From the IMG/VR virus record IMGVR_UViG_2706795801_000001, positions 69,825 to 133,824 of that record: a DNA stretch of 64,000 nucleotides. The stretch is one strand, 5' to 3'. Below the pieces are notes generated by a model that was given only the letters and a program-made list of their open reading frames with translations, was not told the DNA's origin and searched no databases. The position numbers were made by a program, and so were the translations under genes. Origin of the DNA: a virus. Its lineage: Duplodnaviria > Caudoviricetes. Shown here one piece after another: positions 19,823 through 29,001 of the stretch (within the stretch, counting starts at the first letter, position 1; the number at the start of each line of letters is the position of its first letter).

Positions 19823-20058
19823 ACTACGTAACGTCATCCTCAGATAGAAATGATATGGATGTAGAGGGTTGGTTCTTCAATGTAGCCAACTCTGAGTTTT
19901 GTTGTGATAGTTTAAGTTACATTAGAAATGAAATGACATTGGGTGAATTTTTAGAGTTAGACTTCCAGATTGCATATTACAATGATCTTAAACGTGCAGT
20001 GGAACTAGACCAGAAAGTTCAAGAAGAGAAAGACAACATGAACAGAGGTAACAGGTAG
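19292..20058 (+). CDS. Tail assembly chaperone GT form via -1 frameshift (~255 aa; includes ORF 19855-20058)
   Basis: The -1 frame is open from 19690 (after TAA 19687-19689) to 20058 and starts just before the heptamer. Confidence 0.75.
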
Positions 20059-20065
20059 AGGTCAT

Positions 20066-23000
20066 ATGTCAGAAGAAATCACCAAGTATGTAGTGGAGGC
20101 AGAATTTGATTCCGCTAAAGCTACAAAAAAGTTGGATGAGTTTAATAAGAAATTAACGTCTTATTCCAAAGCTCAGAACAACTTTAGAAAGAATAAAATG
20201 GGTATGCAGAGGGTTCTAGATAATACCAGAAAGCATAAGATGCTAACGGATGTTGTTAAGACGCCTCAGATAGCTAAATTGAAACCTCCAACATCACCAG
20301 TTAATAGATTAGAAACACTATCAGGTAAAGAGAAGGTACTACCTAACCTATATAAGTATAGTGAGGCTTCTTTAAAACGACAAAGTGAATACTTAGATAA
20401 GATTAAAGATAAGAAGGTGAAACTATCTTATGTTAATAATCTAAATAAACAAGAGCGAAAGGTCAAGTTAGATAACAAAATCCCCTCAAGACAGAAGGTA
20501 GCTGTTAGTGTCAAAACTAAAACCCCTACCAAACGTTTAGAGTCTAAGACTTCCAAAGTAAAACCTGTACCAACCTTAGACAGAAAAATAAGGATACTTA
20601 GTAAGGTAAAAGATAGTAGGGTTAACGAGAAAGACCAACCCAAACCTAGTAGATTACAAACACTAAAATCTAAAGAGAAACTATACCCAAACCTATATAA
20701 GTATAGTGAAGATTCTCTTAAGCGGCAAAGTGAATACCTAGCTAAGTTAAAAGATAAGAAGGTTAAATTAGATTTCATCGACAATCTTGACAAGGTAAAG
20801 AAGAGATTAAAATCCTTAAATAGACAAAAGACTAGGGAAGTGCCTGATAAGATTAGTAAAGTAGTGGGTTCAGATAAGAAACCTTTACAGAAAATCAATA
20901 CTATCAAGGAAAAGGTGGTCAAAGTAGGTAAATCCCCTAAACAGCCTATGCTAAATGCCCATCACAAGGAACGTGAGAAGTATTTAAATAAAGAGTACAA
21001 GAACAAGGTTAACAGGGAAAGGAGTTTAAAGTCTGCACACATCTTGGCTATCAAAGAAAACATTAAGTTTGATAGGAAAGCAGCAGAAGCTAAACGAAGC
21101 GAAGCAAGTAAACCAGATGGTATGGATACTCATCTTAAACAACGTGAGAAGTATTTAGATAAACAATACAAGAAACAGTTAAGTCGAACTAAAGAGTTAA
21201 AAGCGGCACATGTAGCTGCTATTAAACAGAATATTAAGTTTGACAGACAACGGAAGATGGCTGCTGCTAAGGTTAAACAACCTGCTATTATGAAACCTGC
21301 TGATGCTCATGTGAAAGCTAGAGAGGCTAGTATAGTTCAAGCTAATAGAAAGGAAACTCGTAGGAAGTCTAATCTAGGAGTCGCCAAAACATCATTTGAT
21401 AGGTCTGACTTAAACCTAACTCAATATACTGACGCAAGACAACTTGCAGCACAAGCAGCACTGAGGGAGTCTATAGCGCAAGCTAAGACTGCTGATGAAG
21501 TCAAGATGATAGTTGCAACAGAACATAAACGCCTAAGAGTAATGAAGCAGAATGAGCGCTCTATGGGTAAGCAGAACTACCTGATGCAACGTATGAACGC
21601 ATCCAGTAAACAGTTTACAAGTAACATGTTCTCTGCATTCGCCATAGCTGGTGCTGGTGCTGGTATTACTAGAATAGGACAAGACTTCGAAGCAGTAAAT
21701 AACACCATGTTGGCAGTAAGTACTAATACGCAAGAAGCAGGATCTAACTTTAAGTTTGTTAGAGATGAAGCTTATAGGTTAGGACTAGGACTTGCAAACA
21801 GTGGTAAGAACTTTGCTAAGATGTTATCTGCCAGAGGTAATATGAGCCTAGAGGATACAAAGAAAGCCTTCACAGGTATTTCAGAAATGTCTACATTGTT
21901 GGGGTTAAGTGCAGAAGAAAGTACAAGAGCTAAAGTTTGTGGCTCCTTTTAATAGTAATGTTAAATGTAAAATCTTTTTAATTGCTGGGACACCCACTTT
22001 ATGGTGGACAATCAGCAGGGACGTTAACGTAAGTTAACACCTTCAGAGACTAACCCGTTAGGGTGTAGATTCTACTTAGAATCGAAAATAAGAAATCCTT
22101 TTAGGATTAAGATATAGTCCACAGACAAACGCTTTACAACAAATAAATCATTGTTTGGCTTCATAGAAATGTGATGAATAATTAAATTTATGAATTCGGT
22201 GGATCTCCTAAATGGAAGTAGGACAATACCGAGCGAAGCCTCGAAAGAGGAACGTGTAAAGACTAACTCGTAAGAGTGTAGGGGACGATACTATATCCTC
22301 GAAGCGTAAATAACCTGAACATTAAGTTGAAGGTTAAGATATAGTCTGAACTTCTATAGTAATATAGAGCGTATAATACGGAGTAAGTCATTGATTTACT
22401 TAACAATTTTGGATGAGTAAAGGAGTTGTATCGGCTAAATCCTTGGCCTTTTAACTAGCGATAGTTATCAATAATTCATTTAATTGCTGGAACCTCTCAT
22501 ATGAGACAATCAGCAGGGAAGACTACTCGTAGTAACCTCCAACGACCAACCGTTATCGGTGTAGATTCTAAGTAGAGTCGAAACAGTGAAAACCTCTAAG
22601 GAGGTTATGATATGGTCTAGCCCTATAGTGATATAGGTTATATCTAAAGACTTTGATATAGTGACTCTTAACGTAAGTCATTGATTTAACTAGAGGAATT
22701 AAAGCTTCAAATGGGTAAACTTTGCCCAGTATAAAATTATTTAATTGCGAGAAGCCTTAATGCTTGTGACAGATGATGTATTTATGGTATCATTGTTGCA
22801 GGTGAGATGGTAATTCGCAGGGAAGACCCACCACCTCAAAAGAGGAGTGTGTTGATATTATGAAAGCTATAGAAGAATTTCCAAATTACTTTATTGATGA
22901 AAGCGGTAATGTGTTTAATAGTAGAGGGGTTCCAATTAAATCCCAATTAAATATAGATGGTTATAGGGTAGTAAACTTATATTCAAACAAAAAATATTAT

Positions 23001-24449
23001 CATAGACGATGTGCTAGGATGGTAGGTTTGACACATCTAAAAGACACATATGAAGAAGGTTATGTAATAAATCATAAAGATTTTGACAGAACCAACGACC
23101 AAATATCAAATCTTGAATGGATAACATCCCTAGAAAATAACTTGCATTCCATAGAAGGACAACCCCACCTACACACAAGGGGATCTAAATATGACGAAGA
23201 TTTTATAAGAGGTGTTTGCCAGATGATCCAAGATAATAAAAACAATAAGTATATCATGGAACAAACCAAGGTAACAAAAGATACACTATTACACTTACGT
23301 TGTGGTGCCACTTGGACTTGGATATCTAAAGATTATATATTGACTCCTTCAAAAAGAGAATGGTGAGTAACCTCCAGAGACTAACCCTAACGGGTGTAGG
23401 CACGAGTGTGTCGAAATGGTAATCACATTTATGTGAAGATATAGTCCGATACCCAATGAAAATTGGGATATAACTCTTAACGTAAGTTATTGAAAACATT
23501 AAAGGAAGTTTTGCCCAACGCCATACAAATTATGGCAAAATCCGCCCAAGACGCAGGTCTAACATTAGATGGTACTGTAAAATCTATGATGGACTTACAG
23601 CAAAAAGGTGGTTTAATATCTGAAAAGGTATTACCTCATTTTGCTAAAAATATGTCAGAGGCTGCTCGTGCTAACGGTGGTTTAGATAAGGCTTTATTAT
23701 CTAACCGTGTTGCAATGAACAGGTTCATGTTCTCTATACAAGAAGCTGCTGATATTGTATTCAAGTCTGGATTCGCTTCTGGGCTGACAGAGTTGTTCAA
23801 TACAATGGCTGAATCTATTGTAGACTTAAAACCCTTATGGGAATCTTTAGGCACAATAATGGGTTCATTGTTTAGGTTAATTGCAGACGGTGTTAAATAT
23901 ATTACTCCACCACTTATTTCTATGGGTAATGTACTAAAATCTATTACCTCAGCTTTAGGTGACAACTACTCTTGGTTACTATTGACCTCATCTGGTGCAA
24001 TGGTACTATATAGAACCATAGATAAATTAGGTGGTCTTAAGTTCTTTGCAATGAGAACACTGCCAATGGTTGGTTTATTAGTCATGGCGTTAGACGCAAT
24101 CAAGCAAGTAGCTTTTTGGGCAGAAGAGTTAGACAATTTATTATTTTCTAGAAATAAGATAGGTGTATTATATGATCCTAGGACTGGTGTGAATACAGAC
24201 TCAGTTATAGATGAATTAATACCACTATTGACCTCTATCAGTTCAATAAAAAATCAAGTCAACGCTGTGTCTTCTGGTAATATGATGGGTGGTGCTAAAG
24301 GTTTAGAGGCATTATTTAATGCAAATAATAAACCTGTTACGGTGAAAGGTAACGTATATATTGGAGAGGAAAAGGTTGGTGACATAATGGCTAACAACTC
24401 TGCAATTAAAGATACTATCCAAGCTGAAATAAAGAAAATACAAAACTAA
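20066..24449 (+). CDS. Tape measure protein, spliced: join(20066..21931,22125..22144,22412..22436,22693..22716,23505..24449), 959 aa
   Basis: Between chaperone and baseplate genes. Joined exons give LGLSAEESTRA-TNALQQM-MSKGVVSA-EELKLQMG-EVLPNAIQIMA, the conserved tape-measure motif; 2880 nt in frame. Confidence 0.9.
21932..22124 (+). ncRNA. Group I intron 1 (IA2-like), 193 nt, no P9
   Basis: P1 GAGCU/GGCUC with U.G; P10 GUUUGU/ACAAAC; P AAUUGCUGG, Q AAUCAGCAGG, R CAGAGACUAA, S AAGAUAUAGUCC; P7.1/P7.2 hairpins; ends in G. Confidence 0.85.
22145..22411 (+). ncRNA. Group I intron 2 (IA2-like), 267 nt
   Basis: P1 CAAAU/GUUUG; P10 UCAUU/GAUGA; P4 UCGGU/ACCGA; R AAAGACUAA; S AAGAUAUAGUCU; P9 with GUAA loop; terminal G at 22411. 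Confidence 0.9.
22437..22692 (+). ncRNA. Group I intron 3 (IA2-like), 256 nt; 3' end at A22692 (alternative G22695)
   Basis: P1 GGCU/GGCC; P10 UCCUU/GAGGA; P AAUUGCUGG, Q AAUCAGCAGG; compensated P7 GACCA/UGGUC; P9 with GUGA loop. Confidence 0.85.
22717..23504 (+). mobile_element. Group I intron 4 (IA2-like), 788 nt, HNH ORF in the P6 loop
   Basis: P1 GGGU/GCCC; P10 AAACUUU/GAAGUUU; P AAUUGCGAG, Q AAUUCGCAGG; R CAGAGACUAA and S AAGAUAUAGUCC lie downstream of the ORF; P9 with GAAA loop; terminal G at 23504. Confidence 0.9.
22860..23366 (+). CDS. Intron-encoded HNH homing endonuclease (I-HmuI/NUMOD4-like)
   Basis: FPNYFID.SG.V, DGY..VNL, INHKDFDRTNDQISNLEWIT..EN..H; GAGGAG RBS. Confidence 0.9.
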   Translation: MKAIEEFPNYFIDESGNVFNSRGVPIKSQLNIDGYRVVNLYSNKKYYHRRCARMVGLTHLKDTYEEGYVINHKDFDRTNDQISNLEWITSLENNLHSIEGQPHLHTRGSKYDEDFIRGVCQMIQDNKNNKYIMEQTKVTKDTLLHLRCGATWTWISKDYILTPSKREW

Positions 24450-24460
24450 GGTATTATACT

Positions 24461-25021
24461 ATGGCTAATGAAAAAGATTTAGTATTTCTGATATCAGAGG
24501 ATGATACCTTATTAATACTGGATGTAACAAGAGAAACTACGTACCAGAGGTCTGGTGCAGCATCTTCTAATACCCTACAAGATGGAGTGACGGTGAGTGA
24601 TCACTATCACCCAGACCTTCCTACAGTAACTATATCTGGTAGCATACACACCATAAAGATTAGGGGTGGTACGCCATCCCCAGTTGTATATGTTACCCAG
24701 ATTAACAAGTTGATGGATTCACAGAAACCATTTACATTGTATGGGACTATTGACTCAACAATACCTAGTTTAGATAATTGTGTGATATTAGATTTCTCAT
24801 ATGTAAAAACTGGGAAGGATTCCTTGGATGTGAATCTAGTGTTGAAGCAGATAGACTTTGGTATGAGAGCTACACTGGATTCACTCACACCCGTTAATGT
24901 GCCGTCTAAAGCTACAGGTTCTACCCTAGCGGAAAACACGGATAAGAAGACTGGAACCAAAACGTTAATTGATGGTATTGAAGTTACTCAATTACTTAAA
25001 TCTAGAACTACAACACCATAG
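24461..25021 (+). CDS. Baseplate/tail tube initiator (Dit-like) protein
   Basis: Follows the tape measure; ..DG.TVSDH....P.VTISG motif. Confidence 0.7.
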   Translation: MANEKDLVFLISEDDTLLILDVTRETTYQRSGAASSNTLQDGVTVSDHYHPDLPTVTISGSIHTIKIRGGTPSPVVYVTQINKLMDSQKPFTLYGTIDSTIPSLDNCVILDFSYVKTGKDSLDVNLVLKQIDFGMRATLDSLTPVNVPSKATGSTLAENTDKKTGTKTLIDGIEVTQLLKSRTTTP

Positions 25022-25033
25022 GAGTACATTAAA

Positions 25034-25399
25034 GTGGCAGAGGAGTTAAATATAGAAGGTGATCCTCTGGTAGTTGAAATCAAAGACTACCAGATTGAGG
25101 GTTTCAATTATAGATTACATAGTTGGTACAGTAACAGGTTAGGTTGGAATGTCTCTATATACGATACAGATAATGTAGCGATATTAACAGGGATAAACCT
25201 TATTAGTGAGTTTTCTAACCTCACATGGAAGTATAGTAGGAAAACTCACGATTTGTTTGAAGGGGATTTATTCCTGATAAACAAACAGGATAACTATGAC
25301 ACACCATTAACCAGTGACAATTTTGGACAAGATAATGAGTGGGGTTTGTTTTACCTCACTAACAGTGACCAAGTTGATTTAGGTATCAATAAACGTTAA
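25034..25399 (+). CDS. Baseplate protein (plug-like)
   Basis: Synteny; W.VSIYD.....L.GI.L and FG...L.Y pattern. Confidence 0.6.
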   Translation: MAEELNIEGDPLVVEIKDYQIEGFNYRLHSWYSNRLGWNVSIYDTDNVAILTGINLISEFSNLTWKYSRKTHDLFEGDLFLINKQDNYDTPLTSDNFGQDNEWGLFYLTNSDQVDLGINKR

Positions 25400-25408
25400 T
25401 ACAAGGAC

Positions 25409-25440
25409 AACCCCATACAACCTCTGTATGGGGTTTTCTT
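25409..25440 (+). terminator. Intrinsic terminator
   Basis: AACCCCATACA..TGTATGGGGTTTTCTT. Confidence 0.65.
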
Positions 25441-25507
25441 ATTGATTGGATATAACATTTGTGATATAGTTAGTTATGGTTCCAAAGTATCAAGGTGGTT
25501 AAAATTC

Positions 25508-26500
25508 ATGGCAATAGAAGCCTTTGGTAGGCAGATGAAAATCATCATCGGTGCGCCACAAAGAAACATAGAGGCATACGTAATAGATGGTGTAGTTCCT
25601 TATGCTACTACTAAAGTGGATGCCACTACAATACCCGCAGGTGCAACAATCAACTTCTCTAATATTGATCCTCAACCTAGACGTGGTTTTCATTTTAAGA
25701 TAGAATCTACTAGGGGTGGTGTTGAAGGTGGGAGTGCTAATGAGACAACCACAATAGAGTTAGCCAACCTTAACCAAGATACATTAAACATACTCCATAC
25801 TGAAAATAGTCAGATACAGGTATGGTTAGGTTATGAGTCAGATAAATCATTAGACTTGTACTACTCAGGTGACATATATGATATACAACCTAAGCGTTCT
25901 GGTCAAGATATAATTTATTTAATCACAGCTAAAGATGGTTTTGTTGATAACAAGAATACAAGAGTCAGCCTACATTACGATGAAGGGACGCCTGTTAGTG
26001 AGGTGTTGGCAGATTTAGTAACTAAGTTCCCATCTGGTTCGATTGGTACGTTAGCATTGGATAGGCTCACGACAAAGGTGGTTGAGGGAGGGTTAAGCTT
26101 CCAAGGTAACCTAGGTAAGAGTTTAGATGTATTGTGTAAATCACACGGCATTAACTATTTCAGGTTCAATGGTAAATATAACTTACAACCTTATAACCTA
26201 ATTAACGGTACACCAGAGTATGCACTCATAGGTAGAAATACCTACACCATACCCAATAAAGGCGTTATCAATTTAGATCCTATCATACAGAACGATGGTA
26301 AATACTACGACACGACTAATACCAAACGTGGTGTGCAGTTGACTACTTATATCGTCCCTATAGAGTTGGGGCAGTTCTTTAAGATATTGCCTGAGACCTC
26401 CAAAGATTTAGCTGGTACATATAAAACAACAACAATAAAATTACATGCTGATTTTAAAGGTAGTGATTGGTTTGTCACAATAAGAGGGGAACCAATGTGA
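25508..26500 (+). CDS. Baseplate hub protein
   Basis: I.L.NL..DT, LGYE....Y.GDI, I.AKDG motifs; precedes the spike gene. Confidence 0.75.
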   Translation: MAIEAFGRQMKIIIGAPQRNIEAYVIDGVVPYATTKVDATTIPAGATINFSNIDPQPRRGFHFKIESTRGGVEGGSANETTTIELANLNQDTLNILHTENSQIQVWLGYESDKSLDLYYSGDIYDIQPKRSGQDIIYLITAKDGFVDNKNTRVSLHYDEGTPVSEVLADLVTKFPSGSIGTLALDRLTTKVVEGGLSFQGNLGKSLDVLCKSHGINYFRFNGKYNLQPYNLINGTPEYALIGRNTYTIPNKGVINLDPIIQNDGKYYDTTNTKRGVQLTTYIVPIELGQFFKILPETSKDLAGTYKTTTIKLHADFKGSDWFVTIRGEPM

Positions 26501-27348
26501 GTACTCCACAAAGAAGGCCATTGGATGTTGGTACTCTTACTACTAGAGAGTTGATCCAGAAAAGCCTCACTGACTTCACCAGAGAAGATTTATACTTAGC
26601 AATACCTGCAGTGGTGCTTGATGTATCTGAGTATGAAACAATGCAGTGTGTGAGCGTACAGGCGCTTATAAACGACATTTACGAGGATGAGGGTAAACTT
26701 ACTGCTGTACGTATCAACAAAGTGTTTGTGAAGCTCCCAGCAGGTGGTGGTGTAGCTATTAAGCTACCAATAGCGGTAGGTAACAAAGTTACGTTACACT
26801 GGGCACATAGAAGTCTGATTGATTTCTTAGCAGGGGATGGGACAGAAGTAGATGTTGCACTTAATTTAACAGCAGGGGTTAGAGACTGTTGGGTTGTACA
26901 TGGATTTGGTACAAGAAGTAATCATCAGAACCCTAGTGCAACAGACCTTATAATTGAGCATGACAATACAGTAATAACAGTAAAACCTGATGGTAAGGTT
27001 TCTATGTTAACACAAAGTACCGTTAATGTTGAAACCCCTTCTAGTGTTACGGTTAAATGTAACAGTGCCACAATAGATTCCCCTATTACTACAATGACAG
27101 GTAATGTCCAAATTGATGGTAATACTCAGATAAACGGCAACACACAAATAAATGGTAACCTTGTCACTAATGGTACTGTAACATCTAAGACTTCTATGAT
27201 GTCACCTTCTTACTCTGGTTATGCTGGTGCAGGGTCAATGAGTATTGGTTCTATTACAGCATCTGGAACTGTGACAATACAAGGTACTACTGTAAACACT
27301 CATACCCATTTATATGATGGTACAAGTGTGACATCACCAATGCAATAA
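26497..27348 (+). CDS. Baseplate central spike (phi92 gp138-like)
   Basis: P.GGG..I..PI..G..V...AHR...F OB-fold motif, GN.QI(D/N) beta-helix repeats, C-terminal HTH iron site. Confidence 0.85.
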   Translation: MSTPQRRPLDVGTLTTRELIQKSLTDFTREDLYLAIPAVVLDVSEYETMQCVSVQALINDIYEDEGKLTAVRINKVFVKLPAGGGVAIKLPIAVGNKVTLHWAHRSLIDFLAGDGTEVDVALNLTAGVRDCWVVHGFGTRSNHQNPSATDLIIEHDNTVITVKPDGKVSMLTQSTVNVETPSSVTVKCNSATIDSPITTMTGNVQIDGNTQINGNTQINGNLVTNGTVTSKTSMMSPSYSGYAGAGSMSIGSITASGTVTIQGTTVNTHTHLYDGTSVTSPMQ

Positions 27349-27356
27349 GAGGGGTT

Positions 27357-27767
27357 ATGGATTTTTTAATAAGCGACTTAACAGGGGATTTAGATCTGGG
27401 TGATGATAACAGCTCAGGTCTACAGTTGTGCCCCACATATACAAGGGAAGCTGAACAAAGGTTATTCCAAGCGTTAAACTTAAACTTAACAGAGTGGTTT
27501 GCCGATATCACAAAAGGTATCCCTTATATCAAAAACCCTAACGAAGAAATGAGTGAAAGTATCAGGTATATCCTTGGGGATAAGAACCCTAATGCGGCAC
27601 AGTTTACAGCCAAGGTACTAGATGCTTATATCACATCATTACCTTTTGTTGATTCCTTTACATCATCATACACTTATGATGCAGAGAAAAGAGAATTCAA
27701 ATACACACCGTTAGTCGTGGCTAATGGATCACCTATAGAAATAGACACGGTAAACTTTAAGGTATAA
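27357..27767 (+). CDS. Baseplate wedge / sheath initiator
   Basis: TGDLD, QRL...L....EWF.D...GIPY motif. Confidence 0.75.
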   Translation: MDFLISDLTGDLDLGDDNSSGLQLCPTYTREAEQRLFQALNLNLTEWFADITKGIPYIKNPNEEMSESIRYILGDKNPNAAQFTAKVLDAYITSLPFVDSFTSSYTYDAEKREFKYTPLVVANGSPIEIDTVNFKV

Positions 27768-27769
27768 CA

Positions 27770-28468
27770 ATGGCTAGACAGATTACAGATCTACCTTCAG
27801 CTACTACGATTGCAGATGCTGACAGAATGTTATTACGACAAGGCAGTATTTCAAAACAAGTACCTTACTCGGTAATAAAAACTAATATAACAAGCATAAT
27901 TGATGCTAAAGATGCTACTAAATTATCAATCACCACTAACACTAATAACAATAGTGGTTTGAACATTGATACACTAAACACAAATGGCATCTACAGGGTA
28001 CTAAACCCTACTTCTGGTGTTGGCATTCCTGCTATTCTAACCGACATTTATGTAGAAGTTTATGCAACAGATACAGCTAATTTAGTTCAGAAGATTACAG
28101 ATGTTGTAAACAACGAATCATATGAGCGTACCAAGATTGTTGGGGTGTTTAGTACACTTACCAAGAATAATAGTGCAGGTTTGATTGTGTTGTCTGGCGG
28201 CGGCGTGTTAGAAGCTAATAAAAGATACCTCCTTTCAGATGCAAGTACTTATATACTACCTAATACTACTGGATTAACTACCAAGGATCGTGTTGAGTTG
28301 TATAGGCTTGCTGATTTTGAACCTACAGTACAAGTTAATGGTTCTAACGGTGAAGTAATTAATTATTATAGACCTACAGATGGTGCATTCTTAGTATCAG
28401 ATACTAGCGCAAAATATAATATATTTGCACCTATAAGTTTATTGTTTAACACAAATTGGGAATTATAA
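27770..28468 (+). CDS. Tail fibre-associated protein
   Basis: ITDLP.AT.....D N-terminal fibre module; IDTLNTNGIY repeat-type motif. Confidence 0.55.
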   Translation: MARQITDLPSATTIADADRMLLRQGSISKQVPYSVIKTNITSIIDAKDATKLSITTNTNNNSGLNIDTLNTNGIYRVLNPTSGVGIPAILTDIYVEVYATDTANLVQKITDVVNNESYERTKIVGVFSTLTKNNSAGLIVLSGGGVLEANKRYLLSDASTYILPNTTGLTTKDRVELYRLADFEPTVQVNGSNGEVINYYRPTDGAFLVSDTSAKYNIFAPISLLFNTNWEL

Positions 28469-28469
28469 G

Positions 28470-28862
28470 ATGATTGATATGCAAATAGGCGGTGGTGGTT
28501 CTGGGTTTAAAGTTGACCTAGTACCATCACCTTCTAATTTAACTGGATCTACAGCAGGTGTTATATATACACTAAACCCGAGTGTAGGTAAAGTAGTACG
28601 TTTAAATTATTTAGCAATACCAGCATCAACAGGGACAGCTAATAATATAACTGTCAAATTTGGCACTAGGATAGTAATAAATAATGCAACAATTGGTTCC
28701 ATGTTTTCAAGCAGTGGCGCATTGTACAGTACAATAGGTAGGGGCTGGAACTCTATAGCAGACCATCTTGAAGGTTTAGAGGGAGAAGTACTTACTATAG
28801 AATCTAGTATCTTAGTATCATCACAACTCCATGTAAGTGCCGTAGTGGGGAGTTATAAATAA
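28470..28862 (+). CDS. Hypothetical virion protein
   Basis: Coupled ORF in the structural operon. Confidence 0.5.
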   Translation: MIDMQIGGGGSGFKVDLVPSPSNLTGSTAGVIYTLNPSVGKVVRLNYLAIPASTGTANNITVKFGTRIVINNATIGSMFSSSGALYSTIGRGWNSIADHLEGLEGEVLTIESSILVSSQLHVSAVVGSYK

Positions 28863-28999
28863 TGACTTTTTATAAAAAGTATAGAGGTAAATGGGTAGAA
28901 ATCCAAAAACAAGATTTGGTAATTGGTACTACTTATAAGACTGTCTATGAGGGCGGTTGGTATATTATCGCTATCCACAACCCGATAAGCGGAGAATAA
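28862..28999 (+). CDS. Small hypothetical protein (45 aa, not in ORF track)
   Basis: TAATG coupling; MTFYKKYRGKWVEIQK... Confidence 0.5.
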   Translation: MTFYKKYRGKWVEIQKQDLVIGTTYKTVYEGGWYIIAIHNPISGE

Positions 29000-29001
29000 C
29001 A

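Noticed and set aside
19855-20058. Stand-alone 67-aa gene
   Set aside because: Better explained as the -1 frameshift extension of the tail chaperone.
22384-22690. IHF-consensus matches (TAAGTCATTGATT) near the 3' ends of introns 2 and 3
   Set aside because: More simply a shared intron 3' structural motif; the IHF consensus is degenerate and common in AT-rich DNA.
21950-22860. tRNA cluster or CRISPR array in the tape measure gap
   Set aside because: No cloverleaf or T-loop motifs and no regular repeat-spacer pattern; the repeated motifs are group I core elements.
23490-24449. Independent 319-aa gene starting at TTG 23490
   Set aside because: It has no RBS and its first five codons lie inside intron 4; it is exon 5 of the tape measure gene from 23505.
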